A stretch of DNA of 64,000 nucleotides, from assembly GCF_009914755.1 (NCBI RefSeq), contig NC_060936.1; one strand, 5' to 3'. Made by a program: the position numbers and the translations under genes. This stretch comes from the human T2T-CHM13v2.0 reference genome, Homo sapiens. The notes beneath the pieces were generated by a model. It did not search any database, was not told the DNA's origin, and saw only the letters and a list, made by a program, of their open reading frames with translations. Positions 28,456 to 43,385 of the stretch are shown in pieces (the stretch's first letter is position 1; the number at the start of each line of letters is the position of its first letter).

Positions 28456-31400
28456 CTGTGCAAGTCCATAATTTCAACGTGTAAATGCACTGCACTAGGC
28501 AACGCAGGTGATGTGAACAAGGGTGAATCACAGGCTTTGGCCTCCAGAAGTTTACAAACTAGCAAGAGAAATGAGCACTTTCAAAGCCCAACATAAGCAT
28601 TATGAAAGAAGTACAAACTGAGGACTGCAATGTCTGGGACTCTCTCACAGGCACTAACTCTTTTAGCAGGAAACTTTCATCTAGAGCTGGACATGCACTT
28701 CAACATTCAAAATTCTCCAGCATGCTTTGCTCCTTGTTTATACCCGGATCATCCTTGGTTTCTTCCCGACTGGTCTCAGTGCCCTAATTATATCCAAAAT
28801 TGTGGTCACAATTCTTGGATCCTGACCTGCTTTCCCATTTGCTCCACAGTTGTGGCTTTCACATACTGGAAGAGGTCCATGAATCTTTCCAACTTCTTAG
28901 ACTCCTACTCACTGCTCGGAGACTTTGGCATCCTGGCTGTCTTTTATGCTCCCATACTGCCTCAAGTTGCTTCTAAGTCTGTGCATGTTAAAAGGAAATA
29001 AAAAATCATATTTCAGGAAATACTTTAAGAAACAGTTAGCATTTGATTTAAATATGCTGCCAGCAGTCATGCAAGTAACATTGGAAGAAAACAAAATTAA
29101 AGCAGAGGAACTAATATGAGCAGACAGCAGAGAAAACCTCAGGACATATGCCCCTAAAGGTGGATAGAGTAGTTTGGTGTGCTTGGGCTTTTTTGGCTCC
29201 CCCAAGCTTTACCCACATCATCCTCACATTCAAGGACTAAACCTGTTTTTACGGAAAAGGAATAATATTGTGCCAGAAAAGGGAATGGAAATGGGAGAAG
29301 AAAATAAATGCACAGTAAAATAAAGCAGGAAAGAGCTTGAGAGGGTGACAGAATTGCACAAAGGCAATGTGGGCATGTTGGTGATGATCTATACCATGAC
29401 TCCCCGTTCATCAGCCTGAGGCTAGGGGTTATGAGAAACAGAGGAGCAGGACAGTAGATGCTCTACAGAGTTTCCAGATGAGTATCCACCAGATGAAAGC
29501 TATTCTCCTAGCCACTCTGAGTTCTTTTCTCCTCCCAGGCATATCACAGGGATTTAGGAACTCCCCATGTTTGTTCATGGACACTGCAGCAGTCTCTGCT
29601 GCGAGCCTATGGACTGAAGCAATGCTGTTCCTTACGACAAATGCCTCATCTCCTCACTGCCATGGCATTGCCCTGAAGCTGTTGCTGCTGCCAACTTTGC
29701 CTCTTCTCCCAATCTCTCTTCCTACTGAGGCTGCTGCTGTCACCCCAGCTACATACACGATGTTGTGCTCTGAGACGTGTGATGTATGGTCTTTTGCTAC
29801 AGACTGGGTGTGTGTTAAGGAGATGAGCAGAGAGGGCAAAAGAACATTAAAGAATTGAAGAAGCAAAAATGAAATGGTTCTTGGATAAGGCAGAATTTGC
29901 CCTGAGCTTTGAAAAATGGTGGTGGTAGGAGTAGACAGATTTTGAAACACAGAGAAAGTAAAGGAGAATTTCCTGCGACTGAATAAAACTGTCAACTATG
30001 GAGTTAACAAAGCGTGTCTGGGAGTCAGTAGAACCCATTTAGCAGGTGATGAGAATTCACGTAAGGGACTAATGACATCATGTTTTGTCTTGGAGCTAAA
30101 TTTTTTTTTTTAGTTTTATGGCAGAAAGAGAGAATTAACATAAACAATAGCCTTTTAATGAAGCTGGGATGCTTTCTCTATTCTTCCCTGTTAAAGGGAG
30201 TTGAGAACTGTCTTCAACATGAATTGAGAAATTTCTTCTTCACACAGAGAAAGACAGTTTTAGCTAGAGTAGGCAGAGTGAAGACATGTATCACAGTTGT
30301 TCAAGATCCTCCAGGCAGAGCTAATGCATTTGCTTTGGGAGCCAGCAGGGTGTTCTTTAGTAGGGACAGAACCAGTCCATAAAGAGCCTTTATGTGAATG
30401 AGAAAAAAGATGCTCCTTTATTCAAACAGATACAGGCTCAAGCAGGCATATAGATTGGCAAGACAAGTGTGAGCTGAATTTAAACCTACTTGCCACTAGT
30501 CATGTGCCCTTGAGTAATGTGTAAACTTCACGAAAAAAATCAGGAAGCCCTCGGGTTTAAGACATCTAGCCATACTTAAAGTGAATATGAGAGGCCCCAT
30601 CCCACTCTCCCAGCTGACATGAGAACAGATAGAGGTTTCAAATGGGCTATTTTCTGGTGCAATGAGATATAAGCCTAGATTTCCTATCCCTATGTCTATT
30701 TTTCCTCTGTTACTTTGAGATTACATTACTTGTAGCCTTGAGTGTTTAAAAGAGAAGATCAAACCCATTTATTTAATGTCACAATCAATATTGAGCCCAG
30801 GGCATCTACAGAATAGATTCTCTGTAGGCAGTGTTCACTATGGCTTTGAGGAGTTCAGGGAGAATTTATGAGCACAATTCTTTTTTCAGTTAGAAAGAAA
30901 GCACATTCAAGATATACTAAAATAGTTGAATAGAACTGTAGTGACTTACTGTATGTACATAAGATGAGCTTGTATTTACTAGCCAAAGAATTTATAGCTG
31001 AGAGAAGTAGATTTCAGCTTATGAGAATTTCTATCTTTCAACTCAGTCCAATAGTTCATTGTAGAAAACTGGTTTGTAAGAGAGTCTGAGAAATGATAAG
31101 GTCATAAATGATTGAATTATGACATTCAATTACTAGCATTCTCAACTGATAATATTGCCTTGTATGATGTAATGCAATTTGTAAACAGCCAGTTAAGATA
31201 CATTGTCCCATTACATATAGTGAAATATAATTTTGAAGATATGTTATTACAATAGAATGTAGTTATGTATAAACCATGCTTTCTACTGGTAGACTTATTG
31301 TGGGACTCAAAAGAAAGTGTAGACCAAAAAGTACTTTTTCAGCATACCTAATTGCAAGATAAGATGAAGCATTTTATACTTTTTGATATGTTGTAATTAG

Positions 31401-31813
31401 ATGGAAAATCAATATCCTCTTTTGTTGTCTCTAATACTCATTTGCAGTTACATGTAAGGCTAGCTGCAATTTTTTGAGATAAAATAGTTTTTAAAATTCT
31501 TGGTAGGATTTTTTTTTTTTTAAACAAACTAGAAAACTGGATCCTATGTTAACACCTTGCACTGTGACACTGATCACACTTCAGATGTTGGCATTTTGTT
31601 TTCCTTGTTTCATGTGGATATTTTAATCCCCATTATCCTAAAATCTACTGGACAAAATGAGAGCAGTGGTAACCTCATAATGATTAAGTCAAGTAAATGC
31701 CTTACAACTCTCTCCCTAACACAAATCATTCATTTGCCCTCCTCACTGTCTTGTGAAAGGTTGGGATAGTCCTAAAAACAAATTTGTGTTAAAAATATTT
31801 CCATTTTTGAATG

Positions 31814-32103
31814 TTTCTTTCTTTTTTTCTTTTTTTTCTGACAGAGTCTGTCACCCACGCTGGAGTGCAGTGGTGTGATCTTGGCTCACGGAAACCTCTG
31901 CCTCCTGGGCTCAAGTGATCCTCCCACCTCAGTAGTTGGGACTACAGGTGTGCGCTATCATGCCTGGCTAATTTTTGTATTTTTTGTAAAGACAGGATTT
32001 TGCCGTATTTCCCAGGCTGGTCTCAAACTCCTGGACTCAAGTGATCCTCCTGCCTCAACCTCCCAAAGTGCTGGGATTATAGGGATGCGCACCACACCCA
32101 GCC
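31814..32103 (-). mobile_element. Alu (Jb-like) with small deletions
   Basis: Antisense Alu dimer. Confidence 0.9.
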
Positions 32104-32468
32104 TCTTTCATTTTTTCCTACATCTCTGAATCCTACCTAATCCAAACTTATCTGAAGCCTCTCTAGCAAGCTTTCCCCAACCTGTCCTCCCTCTTTGGAG
32201 TTCCCAGTTCCCATGTCACTTATATCCTTATAGTCATTTAATTTTGATGCAATCCTATGCCATCTTAGATTATGTCTGTTAATATGTATGAGCCTTGTTT
32301 CCCTAGCAACACTGTAAGCCCCAGCATAGGAAATGAAGCTTATCTCCTTTTTGTTTCTGTATAGAGCTTGGTGTAGAGCTGAGCACAAAATTGGTGCTAC
32401 TCAATTCAGTAAATTTAAGTCTTTGAGAACACAGCCTCACCAACACTTTGATTGCAGACTTGTGAGAC

Positions 32469-33063
32469 TGTGATACGCAAAATTCTAAGATAGTTCCCAA
32501 GATTCCCCACCCCAGCATACACACCTCTTCTCCCAGTTATTCCATCAAACACTAATTTAGGTGCTACCATGAAGGAACTTCGTAGATGCAATTAAATTCT
32601 CAAATGAGTTGAGCTTAAAATAGAGAGACTGTCCTGTGCTGGCCTAATCTAATCAGGTGAGCCTTTGAAAGGGACTGGGACCTTCCTGGAGAGATTTGAT
32701 GTGTGAGCAGTATTCAATACATAGGAGATTCTCCATCGCTCGCTTTAAGATTGAGGGGGTCTTGTGGCAAAGAATGCAGAAAGCCTTTGTGAGCTGAGAA
32801 CTCCCCCTTGCTAACAGCCAGCAAAGAAACTCAGGCCTCATCTCTATAACCATAGGAAGTAGATTTTGCCTGGAAAAGGACTCTTAGGTCCATAAGATAC
32901 CTTGATTTTGGCTATGTGAGACCCTGAACAGAGAATCCAGTCACACTGTGCCCAGAATTTTGACCTATAGAATAGTGCACTAATAAGTGGATGGTGTTCT
33001 CTAAGTTGCTAAATTCATAATAATTTGCTTAATTTGTTACACAGCAATAGAAAACATATATAC
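32469..33063 (+). mobile_element. MLT1E-type MaLR solo LTR
   Basis: aaaattctaagat...cccagttatt..atcaaacactaat.taggtgct...gtgagaccctgaacagagaa...tgttacacagcaatagaaaac. Confidence 0.85.
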
Positions 33064-33785
33064 TTCTCATTTGTGATGTAAGTTGAGTCCATTTCAATTA
33101 AATCATGAAAATATTCAGTACAATGCCTGGAATATAGAAGATACTAAATATTTGTAGGACTTTTTTTCCCACAGGACTTCTGAAATACAGAATTTCTTCT
33201 TCCGTCATTGTCAAAGTGATCTGATAACATTTGCAAGAAAAAGTGTGCACCATCCAGAACAAGTTAAACACAAAATACTATGCAGTAATCTATTGAAATA
33301 CAGCACTGTCAAACCATCCCTTGGACATCTGTGATAATCCAGGGATCAAAACAAAGAAAGTCACTAAACTTTATCTGCATGTCTTAGAATTGGAATAAAA
33401 AGAGTTCAAGCTTTTAATCCTGGTTCTTAAAAGGCAGAAATGTAATATTTAATCTTTTAAATTAGTTGGCAATATTGCTATTTCTCCAACTTCCCAGTCT
33501 TTTACTCACTAAAGGCCAAAGATACTGAGATCATGGGAAAGGGTTCAACAAATTGTCTCATGACTGACTCATAGACTTGGCAGCTGTAAATCTCTTTGTC
33601 ATGTATAGAAGATGATCTCTGTGTTGAGAATTCAAATGTTTAAATTCTGGCCTATGTATCATAGATAATTCGAGCACTGGTCGCAAGGTTTTGGGATACA
33701 TTTCAATGTAAGCGTGTGCTGTCTGAAATTTAGAAATTCTCCTGTAGCTTAAAGCTTCTCACTTTCTGCTTTAAGAGAAGTTTTG

Positions 33786-34096
33786 AGCTGGGCACAGTGG
33801 CCTACAACTGTAATCCCAGCACTTTGGGAGGCCAAGGTGGGAGGATGTCTTGAGGCCAGGAGTTCAAGACTAGCCTGGGCAACAGATCAAGACTCCACAT
33901 CTACAAAAAAAATTTTTTTTTAATTAGGTAAGTGTGGTGGTTCAGGACTGTAGTCCCAGCTACTCAGGAGACTGAGGTGGGAGGACTGCTTGAGCCCAGG
34001 AATTTGAGGCTACAGTGAGCTAAGAAGGTACTACTGCATTCCTGCCTGGGTGACAAAGTGAGACCCTGTCTGTTAAAAAACAAAACAAAAAACAAA
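33786..34096 (+). mobile_element. AluJ (Jo-like)
   Basis: ttgaggccaggagttcaagactagcctgggcaac...tgaggctacagtgagc. Confidence 0.9.
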
Positions 34097-34706
34097 GTTA
34101 TGCATCAAACTGCTACTAGTTGAGATCTGTTTGTACGATGCCAGAGATGGTTTTATATCATTTGTAAAAATAAATAGTCCCACTCACAGACACCATTTTA
34201 GTTCCTTGGCTTTTAAAATTTATAAGTGATCTTGACCATTTCAAGATCCCAAGTATTATGAATGAAACAGATGCATATAAACTTACTCTTTGATAGTGAA
34301 GAAAGATTCAGTGTACTACGGGCTGATTTCAGCAGGGTTACGACCGACTTTTGGGCATTACAGAAAAGTGCCTTGTAAAGGAAATGTTTCTTTTTCATTA
34401 GAAACACATTTGCATAATGAAAAAAGGTACTTTTTCAAGTTTGTGATAGTAAGACGCAGGGTAGGATAGGATGTCTCAGAATTTTTACTCATGAAAAAAC
34501 TTTACTTATGGCCCCACGGAGATAAACGTATCCCTTACAAGATAATTTTTTTAAGACAGTGAGCTGTTTAATGTTGGTTGTGAGCTTATCATAACTGAGA
34601 TTTAAATTTTTTAGCAAGTATGTTTGCTTTTGAATGGAGGAACAGTTCAATATTCAGTCAAGCAAGAATGTGTTGTACTAAAAAAAAAAAAAAAAAAAAA
34701 CTTTTA

Positions 34707-35070
<364 letters not shown>

Positions 35071-35729
35071 TCAAACATTCCATATTTAAATTTATGACTG
35101 ATAAACATAGCTAAATGCAACAAAGGCATTGCTGCAACATCATATACAAGCTAATGTATTTATTTGTATCTTTATGGTCTTGTGTCAGGTACTAATATTC
35201 AACAAATACTTGCTTCATGCATAAATATGACATTAAAATTTGTTTGCCTTTGCTTTATACTTCTGGTTCTTAATGAAATATTATTTTCCTGTATGTACTT
35301 CGGCTATCTGTACAATAATTCAGCCACATTTAGTTTGTATTGTGGCTTGGTATTTAAACTACTCACTGAAATACTGTAGTGGCATTTGCTTTACTGTATT
35401 ATACGATCTCCAATTACTGGTGAATTTGCTGGGTAGCTTCCTGCTATATATCAGTGTTCAGTGACGACAAAACATTTCTTTTGAAATTTGTAATTTCCAT
35501 TTTTCAGGGTTAAAGGTTAAAAGGTTTGCATGTTCCGAACATATGCCTTCCTGCTACATTACAGTATTCAGTATTTACATGGGCCAAATACTACATTTTT
35601 CCTCACACTACCAATTTCAATACATGTTGGATAATATGCACTCTTCCCCATTCTCATACACGAATTTCATTATAAACTGGAGGTATAACTTATATACCAG
35701 CAAATGTCAGCTAATAGGGTATTTCTGGT

Positions 35730-36540
35730 TAGGGGGTTTGGTGAAAGATCTCAAAGTAACGTTTGAGCTGGACTGTGGTTGATGGTCTGGAAGTAACAGA
35801 GATAGAACTAACTGAGAAAATAAAAGCAGGTCTCTGAGGAAATCTCTCAAAGGTAGGAAAGTTCAGAGCATAATTGTGTTCCTGCTGTAACTCAGAAGAC
35901 TAAAATCAGTGTGTGTAAAAGGAATTTTAGGAGGTAAAATTAAAAAGCTCGACTGGAGCCAGGTCATGGAGGTCCCTGAATGACAAGCTATGGATACAGA
36001 AGTGTATTTTGTAAGAAATTGGGAGCCATCGAAGGTTTCTTTGATTTTTTGTAGAACAGAAATAATACAATCACACTGCCCTTCAAAAAGGATTAATCTG
36101 GCAACAGTACTTTAAGTGAATTAGAGAGGAGAGAGCTGGCAGGTGGGGACACCTGTAGAGAGGCCAATAGTGCAGACAATGTGCCATAAAGGTAGTGAGA
36201 GTCTAAACTAGAGCAGGTGCATTGAAAACCCATAGAAGGGGCAGAAGGAAAAGACGGGGTAGAGATTGAATCAAAAGAATCCACTAGTTATTTGGATCTG
36301 GGAAAAAAAATGGAGAGAAGAGGTAAAAAATTCCCTTGGTATTTGAGATAATGGTGGTATGAGTTAGGACTGAACTACTATGCTCATTTTGGAATGCACA
36401 GAATTACTGAACTTGAGGGGTCAAAAGATCATTCAGATTGAGCTCTCCAGTAGGTGGTTGAACCAGCTTAGAAGCAGAAATCAGAAAGGAGGCCAAGTTT
36501 GGAGATGCTGACTTGGTGGTTGTGGAAGCCATGAGCCTAT
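35730..36540 (-). mobile_element. L2 fragment
   Basis: ggagccaggtcatggagg...tgggagccatcgaaggttt...aaaggattaatctggcaacag is antisense L2. Confidence 0.7.
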
Positions 36541-36544
36541 GCCC

Positions 36545-36989
36545 AACACAACCGTAACAGTGGGAAAGTACGTTAACTGAGGGCCCAGGGATTGAACTTC
36601 AAACCCACCTTACCATTTGACCTGAGAATGTGCACCCCACAGGTAGCTTCTTGCTGATGACTAGTTTTTGTGGAAATAGTAAGGCAGATCAGTTCCTAAG
36701 AAGACAAAGAATTCCTTTGTGAGCTCCAGAACTCAACAATGGCTTTGCTGAACCTCCTGGTGACTGTGCTGCAGTGTAGACAGCTGCCACTCAATCTTCC
36801 ACTATCCAATCTTTTCTTCTCTCCTTTGCCTAGGATCAGACTTGCATCCTGGTCTAATCTGTCTTCCAGCCTTCTCTGGCTCCCTCCTTGTTTTTTATTA
36901 ACACAGCCATTTCACTTTACACCAGCATTAAAATACTTGACCGTTTAATGCTGTCTTGACATCTGCTTATGAGAGCACCCAGATTAACA
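36545..36989 (+). mobile_element. LTR16-family ERVL LTR
   Basis: ggatcagacttgcatcctggtc...3' end gtcttgacatctgctt..gagagcacccagattaaca. Confidence 0.7.
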
Positions 36990-37162
36990 TTAGTTATTTG
37001 AAGAGAAGTGATCTATATTCCATATGCCATTTTGTGCAATTAGAATTAATGTTCAATATAAAGTTTAAATCATTAAAGCAATTTTAAATTATTAAATTTA
37101 ATCATAAAGTATAAAATTATGTAACATAGGTTATACCTTTAAGTGAGGATGTTCTGCACTTA

Positions 37163-37460
37163 TTTTATTATTATTTTTTTTTAGATGCAGTCTTGCTCTG
37201 TTGCCCAGGCTGGAGTGCAGTGGCACAATCTCGGCTCATGAAACCTCCACCTCCCGGGTTCAAGTGATTTCCTTGCCTTAGCCTCCTGAGTAGCTGGGAC
37301 TATAGGCGCACACCACCATGCCCGGCTAATTTTTGTATTTTTAGTAGAGACGGGGTTTCACTATGTTGGCCAGGCCGGTCTCGAACTCCTGATCTTGTGA
37401 TCTGCCCACCTCGGCCTCCCAAAGTGCTGGGATTACAGGAGTGAGCCACCATGCCTGACC
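37163..37460 (-). mobile_element. AluSg-like
   Basis: Full antisense Alu. TSD tgcacttat / tgtacttat. Confidence 0.93.
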
Positions 37461-39861
37461 TGTACTTATATTTTAGAAGATTATTTTAGATGGAAAAGGT
37501 AAAAATAACTATAAGAAATTCTAGTGGGCAGTTATATTTAACCTGCAGTAAATATCCCAGAATTATGAAACACAGAGTTGGAGTCACAGATAAGAGTGAC
37601 CTTTGAGGCAATGGAAAACCCTAGGTAACAAAATATATCTTTCATTTTCCACCTACTCAGAAAGATGTGGTCCCATTTATGTTGTTCTTCAGCACCCTTC
37701 AGCTAGTTCTTAAAACCTTTGTGCCACATAATTGCTTGTAATACTAAAAATATATTCTGATAATATATGAATTTCATAAATAAGACAAATATGTAAAACA
37801 ACAACAAAACCTACAATTCAGCTGACTACCCACTGTAGCATAGTACAGCAAGTTTTGCAAACACTGAAGGTTTTTTGTTGGTAGGCAGCAAATAATCTAA
37901 GGTTTCTCTTACACCCTTGTTTCAAAAGAAAATTTATGCTCTCTAAAAATGTATGACTTCAAATCAATCAAAACAAAATGGCTTAATCAATACAATAATT
38001 AGGCTATCATCTGAATCATTCAAGCAATTATGGCTTTCAGGTATACTGATGTGAGTATTCTAAAAGCCAATGTCAGATGAGAATTGACACTTTGGTTGCT
38101 GGAGCTATGATAGGGTATCTCAGATGTTAGAATTTAACTGGAAGGAAAATATTGTATGGATAAGCCTTTAACAACTTTTGTTTTTTCACATTCTCGCATT
38201 CTTAGGAGTTGTTTATTTTCTCTTTGGCATCAGGCTTTGGTTTGGAAATCTAGTATGTTGTTAATTCTGCCTCCATTGGATGCCTTTAGACTCAGGAGAC
38301 TAACAAACTATGTTAGCAGGAACATCTGTTGATCTCTTAAAAGTTAGCCAATGATTTGGAGTTTCTTTGGCCAGACAAGTCATGGGATCAGAGCCCAGTT
38401 CTGAGCTAAACTTAAGGCCAACAAGATTAGTTCTGACATCTAGAAAAAAGAATTGAACACATGGGAAAATTTAAGACTTAGAAAAATTAATATTCTCTGA
38501 TTTTTTTCACAGTTAAAGTGAACGGAAAAATAGGAGTAAGGCTAGATAGAAAGGTTGTAAAACTTATATATGCACAATTAAAATAAAGGGTTGAATTATT
38601 ATGTGGAAAGTTTGGATCATATAAAGCTATGCTATATAAAAAAGAACAACTCTTTGGCCTGGTACTACTCAAGCTTGATGGTTCACTAGCTATAGAATTA
38701 CAAAATTCTAGTAATATCAGATAAACATATTTGATATTGAAATGCTAAAATTAACTGTTTCTAGAAAAATGCATTTCTCACTAACTCAGACTACTTTTGG
38801 ATATCATTGATTATCTCTTTGTAATATCTCAGGTTTTAATTCTTTCAAGGCTTTCCTTACTCTTTGAGCTACTTGAACAAAAATCTACCATGTCTTCAAA
38901 GATCTTTCATCAGGTAATCTTCCACAGGCTTTTCAATTCTCTGCAAATCTTTATCCTTTGTGCTACTATATTGATCCTTGGTGGTAACTATAGTACCTAT
39001 GGCTTCATTGCTATCTATCTACATGGATTTCTTGCACACATCGATCCTTCTGTTCCTATCCTGTTCTCTGCTATTCTGACTCCTACATCTTTAGCCCCAC
39101 CTCCAACCATCTTACTTAGATAGTTCTTAATTGTCTTTGAGCTATAATATATTCCTAAGTCTAATTATATTCTCCTCCATATCACTGCTGTGCCATGATG
39201 CATAAAATGTATTTCTCAACTATACTTGTAGACTTTGAAATGGCAGGTATATATACTACTTTTTAAAATATCCCTCACACATAAAATCAATTTGATTTTA
39301 CCTTCATTCTACTAACATACAGTATTATCTATACAACATCCCAATTTTCAATTATCACTTCTTATAAAAATAAAATATGCTCAGCTCTGACAGATGCCTC
39401 ATCCTTAAAATACTCTCTTCCTCATAACAAGAATCTCTGAGGGGAAAAAAAATAAAAAAGAAATACTTTATTTCCTTGGATTCTTAGGTACCACAAACTC
39501 TGCTGATTCTGCTTACTTCACAGTTTCTTTTATGCCAACTTCGCTGACTTCATCTTCTCTATACAGCCCTCAAAAACCAGGGTTCCTGGGGAGCTTTTTT
39601 TCTGGGCCTTTTCTCCATATATCTCTTTTACTTTAGGTGATTTCTATTGTCCTGTAGCTGTCAGGAGTGGTTTCAGGTGGAAGTTTTAGAATATAGCTAA
39701 AAATTATCTTTAACACTTTAACATTGTCAAAATACTGGGATTGCAATAATATTACCTGCATAGGAAATACTTAATTTCTTAATATTCCCTGGTTGGCACA
39801 TTCAGGGATTTAAAGGAAAGTTATTTTCCAAAGTCATGTTCTGATGCAATTATCAGGTCAC

Positions 39862-40364
39862 TGTATTAGTTATCTATTGCCTTATAATAAACTATGCCAT
39901 AACGCAGGGACTTGAAACAACAACAGTCATTTACTTTACTCAAAAATCTGCAATCTGGGCTAAGCTGGGTAGCTCATCTTCATGTGGCCTCAACTGGGTT
40001 GGCTTGACTGGAAGCTGGAGGGTCCACTTTCAATACAGCTCACTCATGTCCTTGGCAAGTTGATGCTGTCAGCTGTCAGCTCAACTGTGACAGTAATGAG
40101 GAGACTCAGTTCCTCTTCACATGGGTCTTTCTATGGACTTTTTGGGCTACTTCACATCATAGTCACTGTTTGCATAGTGAATGCCCCATGAAAACAAATG
40201 GATATGCATGCCATTTTTATGAACTTACCTTATTTGAAGCTGCCACAATGGCCCAGGAAGGGGACACAGACTTCACCTCTTGGATAGTGGCAAGGTTATA
40301 GAGGAACATATAGATAGGAGATACCATTGCGATTGCCTTTTAAAAAAAACTCAAAGTCTGCTAC
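39862..40364 (-). mobile_element. MLT1G-like MaLR solo LTR
   Basis: tgtattagttatctattgc...aatctgcaatctgggc...ggcaagttgatgctg...agtctgctaca. Confidence 0.8.
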
Positions 40365-40427
40365 AGTGACTAAAGACCAAGTCACTATCTGTAGGTTAAT
40401 TCTGGATCAGTCACATAATCCAACTAA

Positions 40428-40746
<319 letters not shown>

Positions 40747-40851
40747 TTGTCTCTCCAATTCTAATCAGTGCAACTTTTTGCCTATATCTGCCCAGATGTT
40801 TAAGGATAGTAGGAAATTTCTTTAATTTCCTATACCATAATATCAAATCTA

Positions 40852-40916
40852 ATGTATGTATGTACATGTGTGTATACATGTATGGTATGTATATGTGTGG
40901 GGGAGTATATATATAT
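40852..40916. repeat. (TATG)n/(TA)n microsatellite
   Basis: atgtatgtatgtacatgtgtgtatacatgtatgg... Confidence 0.75.
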
Positions 40917-41781
40917 TCCCAAAACAGTATCTAGGTTAACTGTCAAGTGAGAGTCAAATCTATACCCCTGTTTGTCAGTCAGCATATCATCTTTCCCCCT
41001 GCCCAGGTTTTGAAAAAGGAAGGAAGGAAACAAACAAAAAACTTCCCAACATAGCTTCAAAGAATAAATCTTACATAAGTGAGGTAGTCAAATAGATAAT
41101 CTATTCAGTTTATGTTCTTTCTGCTGAAATGGCCAATTTTTAGAAGTGGTCACCAATTTCCAAGCATGCAAATTGTGTTCCTCAGTTTATTTCTGTGAAA
41201 ATGTAAATTTTAAAAGATTCAAAAGAATTACAGTCAGCACCTAAGGAAATTTAAATCAGTGACCCTCAAAATTAACACTTAATGTCTCACTTTTTAAGAT
41301 TTGATATTGTTTTAATTTTAACTCAGCCTCCCTGCCTAAAATAGCAGAGTGTAACTTTTAGGATCATCTGTCATCTACTACAGATAGAAAATAACAAATC
41401 AACATGTCAACATTCTCATATTTCCAGGGTCATAAAAATACTGCTGTTTCATAAAAGACAAAAGAAAGCAAAGGGAATGTTATTTATTTCCAAATAAAAA
41501 TTATACAAACTATAATATTGTTTTCCCAAAAAAGCATTTTCCTGAGTCCAAAACTCTCACATTAGCTTTCCAGGAAGAGCCCCAATTCTACCCAGTAGCA
41601 CCCTGCCCAGGCTATGGATCCTTTGTGGACTCTATGGATATATGGACTTGCTGTAACTTACTTAGCTTGATGGTCTACAGAAAGAATTTAAAAAGTGATT
41701 CACTTTCCCTTTTTGTCTAAACATATGCATTTACTTTATGGTATCAATTTTAGATTAAATAAATAAAATACAATTCTCTTA

Positions 41782-42169
<388 letters not shown>

Positions 42170-42236
42170 TCATGGTTTCAAATGTTTTTGTTATGTGCAC
42201 ATATTTTGGGGATGATGCTACGAATAAGACTAAACA

Positions 42237-42526
42237 GGCCAGGCACGGTGGCTCACGCCTGTAATCCTAGCAATTTGGGAGGCTGAGGCAGGGGGATCAC
42301 TTGAGGTCAGGAGTTTGAGACCAGCCTGGCCAACATGGTGAAACCCCTCTCTACTAAAAATACAAACTTGGCCAGGCATGGTAGCTGGTCCCTGTGATCC
42401 CAGCTACTTGGGAGCTGAGGCATGAGAATCGTTTGAACTCGGGAGGAGGAGGTTGCAGTGAGCTGAGATCATGTCACTGCACTACAGCCTGGGTGACACA
42501 GCCAGACTCTTGTCTCAAAAAAGAAA
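42237..42526 (+). mobile_element. AluS (Sz/Sx-like)
   Basis: Full sense Alu. TSD gactaaaca / gagtaaaca. Confidence 0.92.
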
Positions 42527-42799
42527 GAGTAAACAATGATGAGAGCTGTCTAGTTGATATATAACACAGAAAGAATGAGTTGAAAAGAGAAAAACACAGC
42601 TAATAAGCAGATTATCTTAAGGTCTGCAGTATCTCTGTAAGAAGGAATTCCATACTTAGATGAACTGGGCTCAAATCCCAGGTCATCTATGTGCCTTTTA
42701 GGGTTGGCCAAATTAAGTGAGAGAATTCCTTTAAATCCCATTAGCACAGTAGCTGATGATAGAGAGGGCTCAATAGTCATTATTCTTATTGCCAAGCCC

Positions 42800-43385
42800 A
42801 TCTCCCAAATCTCTTCATATACTTTAAAGAGAACTATCTTTCTCTTTCCGTCCTACTTCCAATACTTTGTTTATACCTCTCCTATAGCACTTCTGTGAAT
42901 TTTGGTTACTAATACATATGCGTGTCTTCTTCACTGGAGATTGTTTTCAGATGGCAGGGACCATGTCTTCTTCGCTCTGTATTTTTCTCACACTACTCTC
43001 TTCCCAATACCCAAAACCCAACACCAGGTTTACACACACTAGACTTTAAATAAATGCTTATTAAGTTAAAATGACAGATTCCTTCTCATCTTTCAAGGCT
43101 CAAGTCAAATGTCACCTCTCTGCTAATTCAGTCTAAAGAAGCCTCTCCACTCTCCCCTCTCCCCTCCCACAAAAGGAACTCTATCACATCATCTTGTTTT
43201 ATGTTTTTCACAGTCGTTACTGCTTTTGGAAATTATCGAATTAACATATGTACTTGTTTATTGTTTGTTCCTTCTGACAGACTGTAAGTGTCATGTTGGA
43301 TGTGAGCCATTGCTCACCATGGAATCTTTAGCCCCAGGATAGTAAGTATCAATTTAAATACCCAGGGAGTATTTCTTAAATGAAT
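42800..43385 (+). mobile_element. Two L2 3'-end fragments
   Basis: ggcagggaccatgtc...aataaatgcttattaag; and caaatgtcacctctc...gactgtaag...aaatgaat. Confidence 0.6.
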
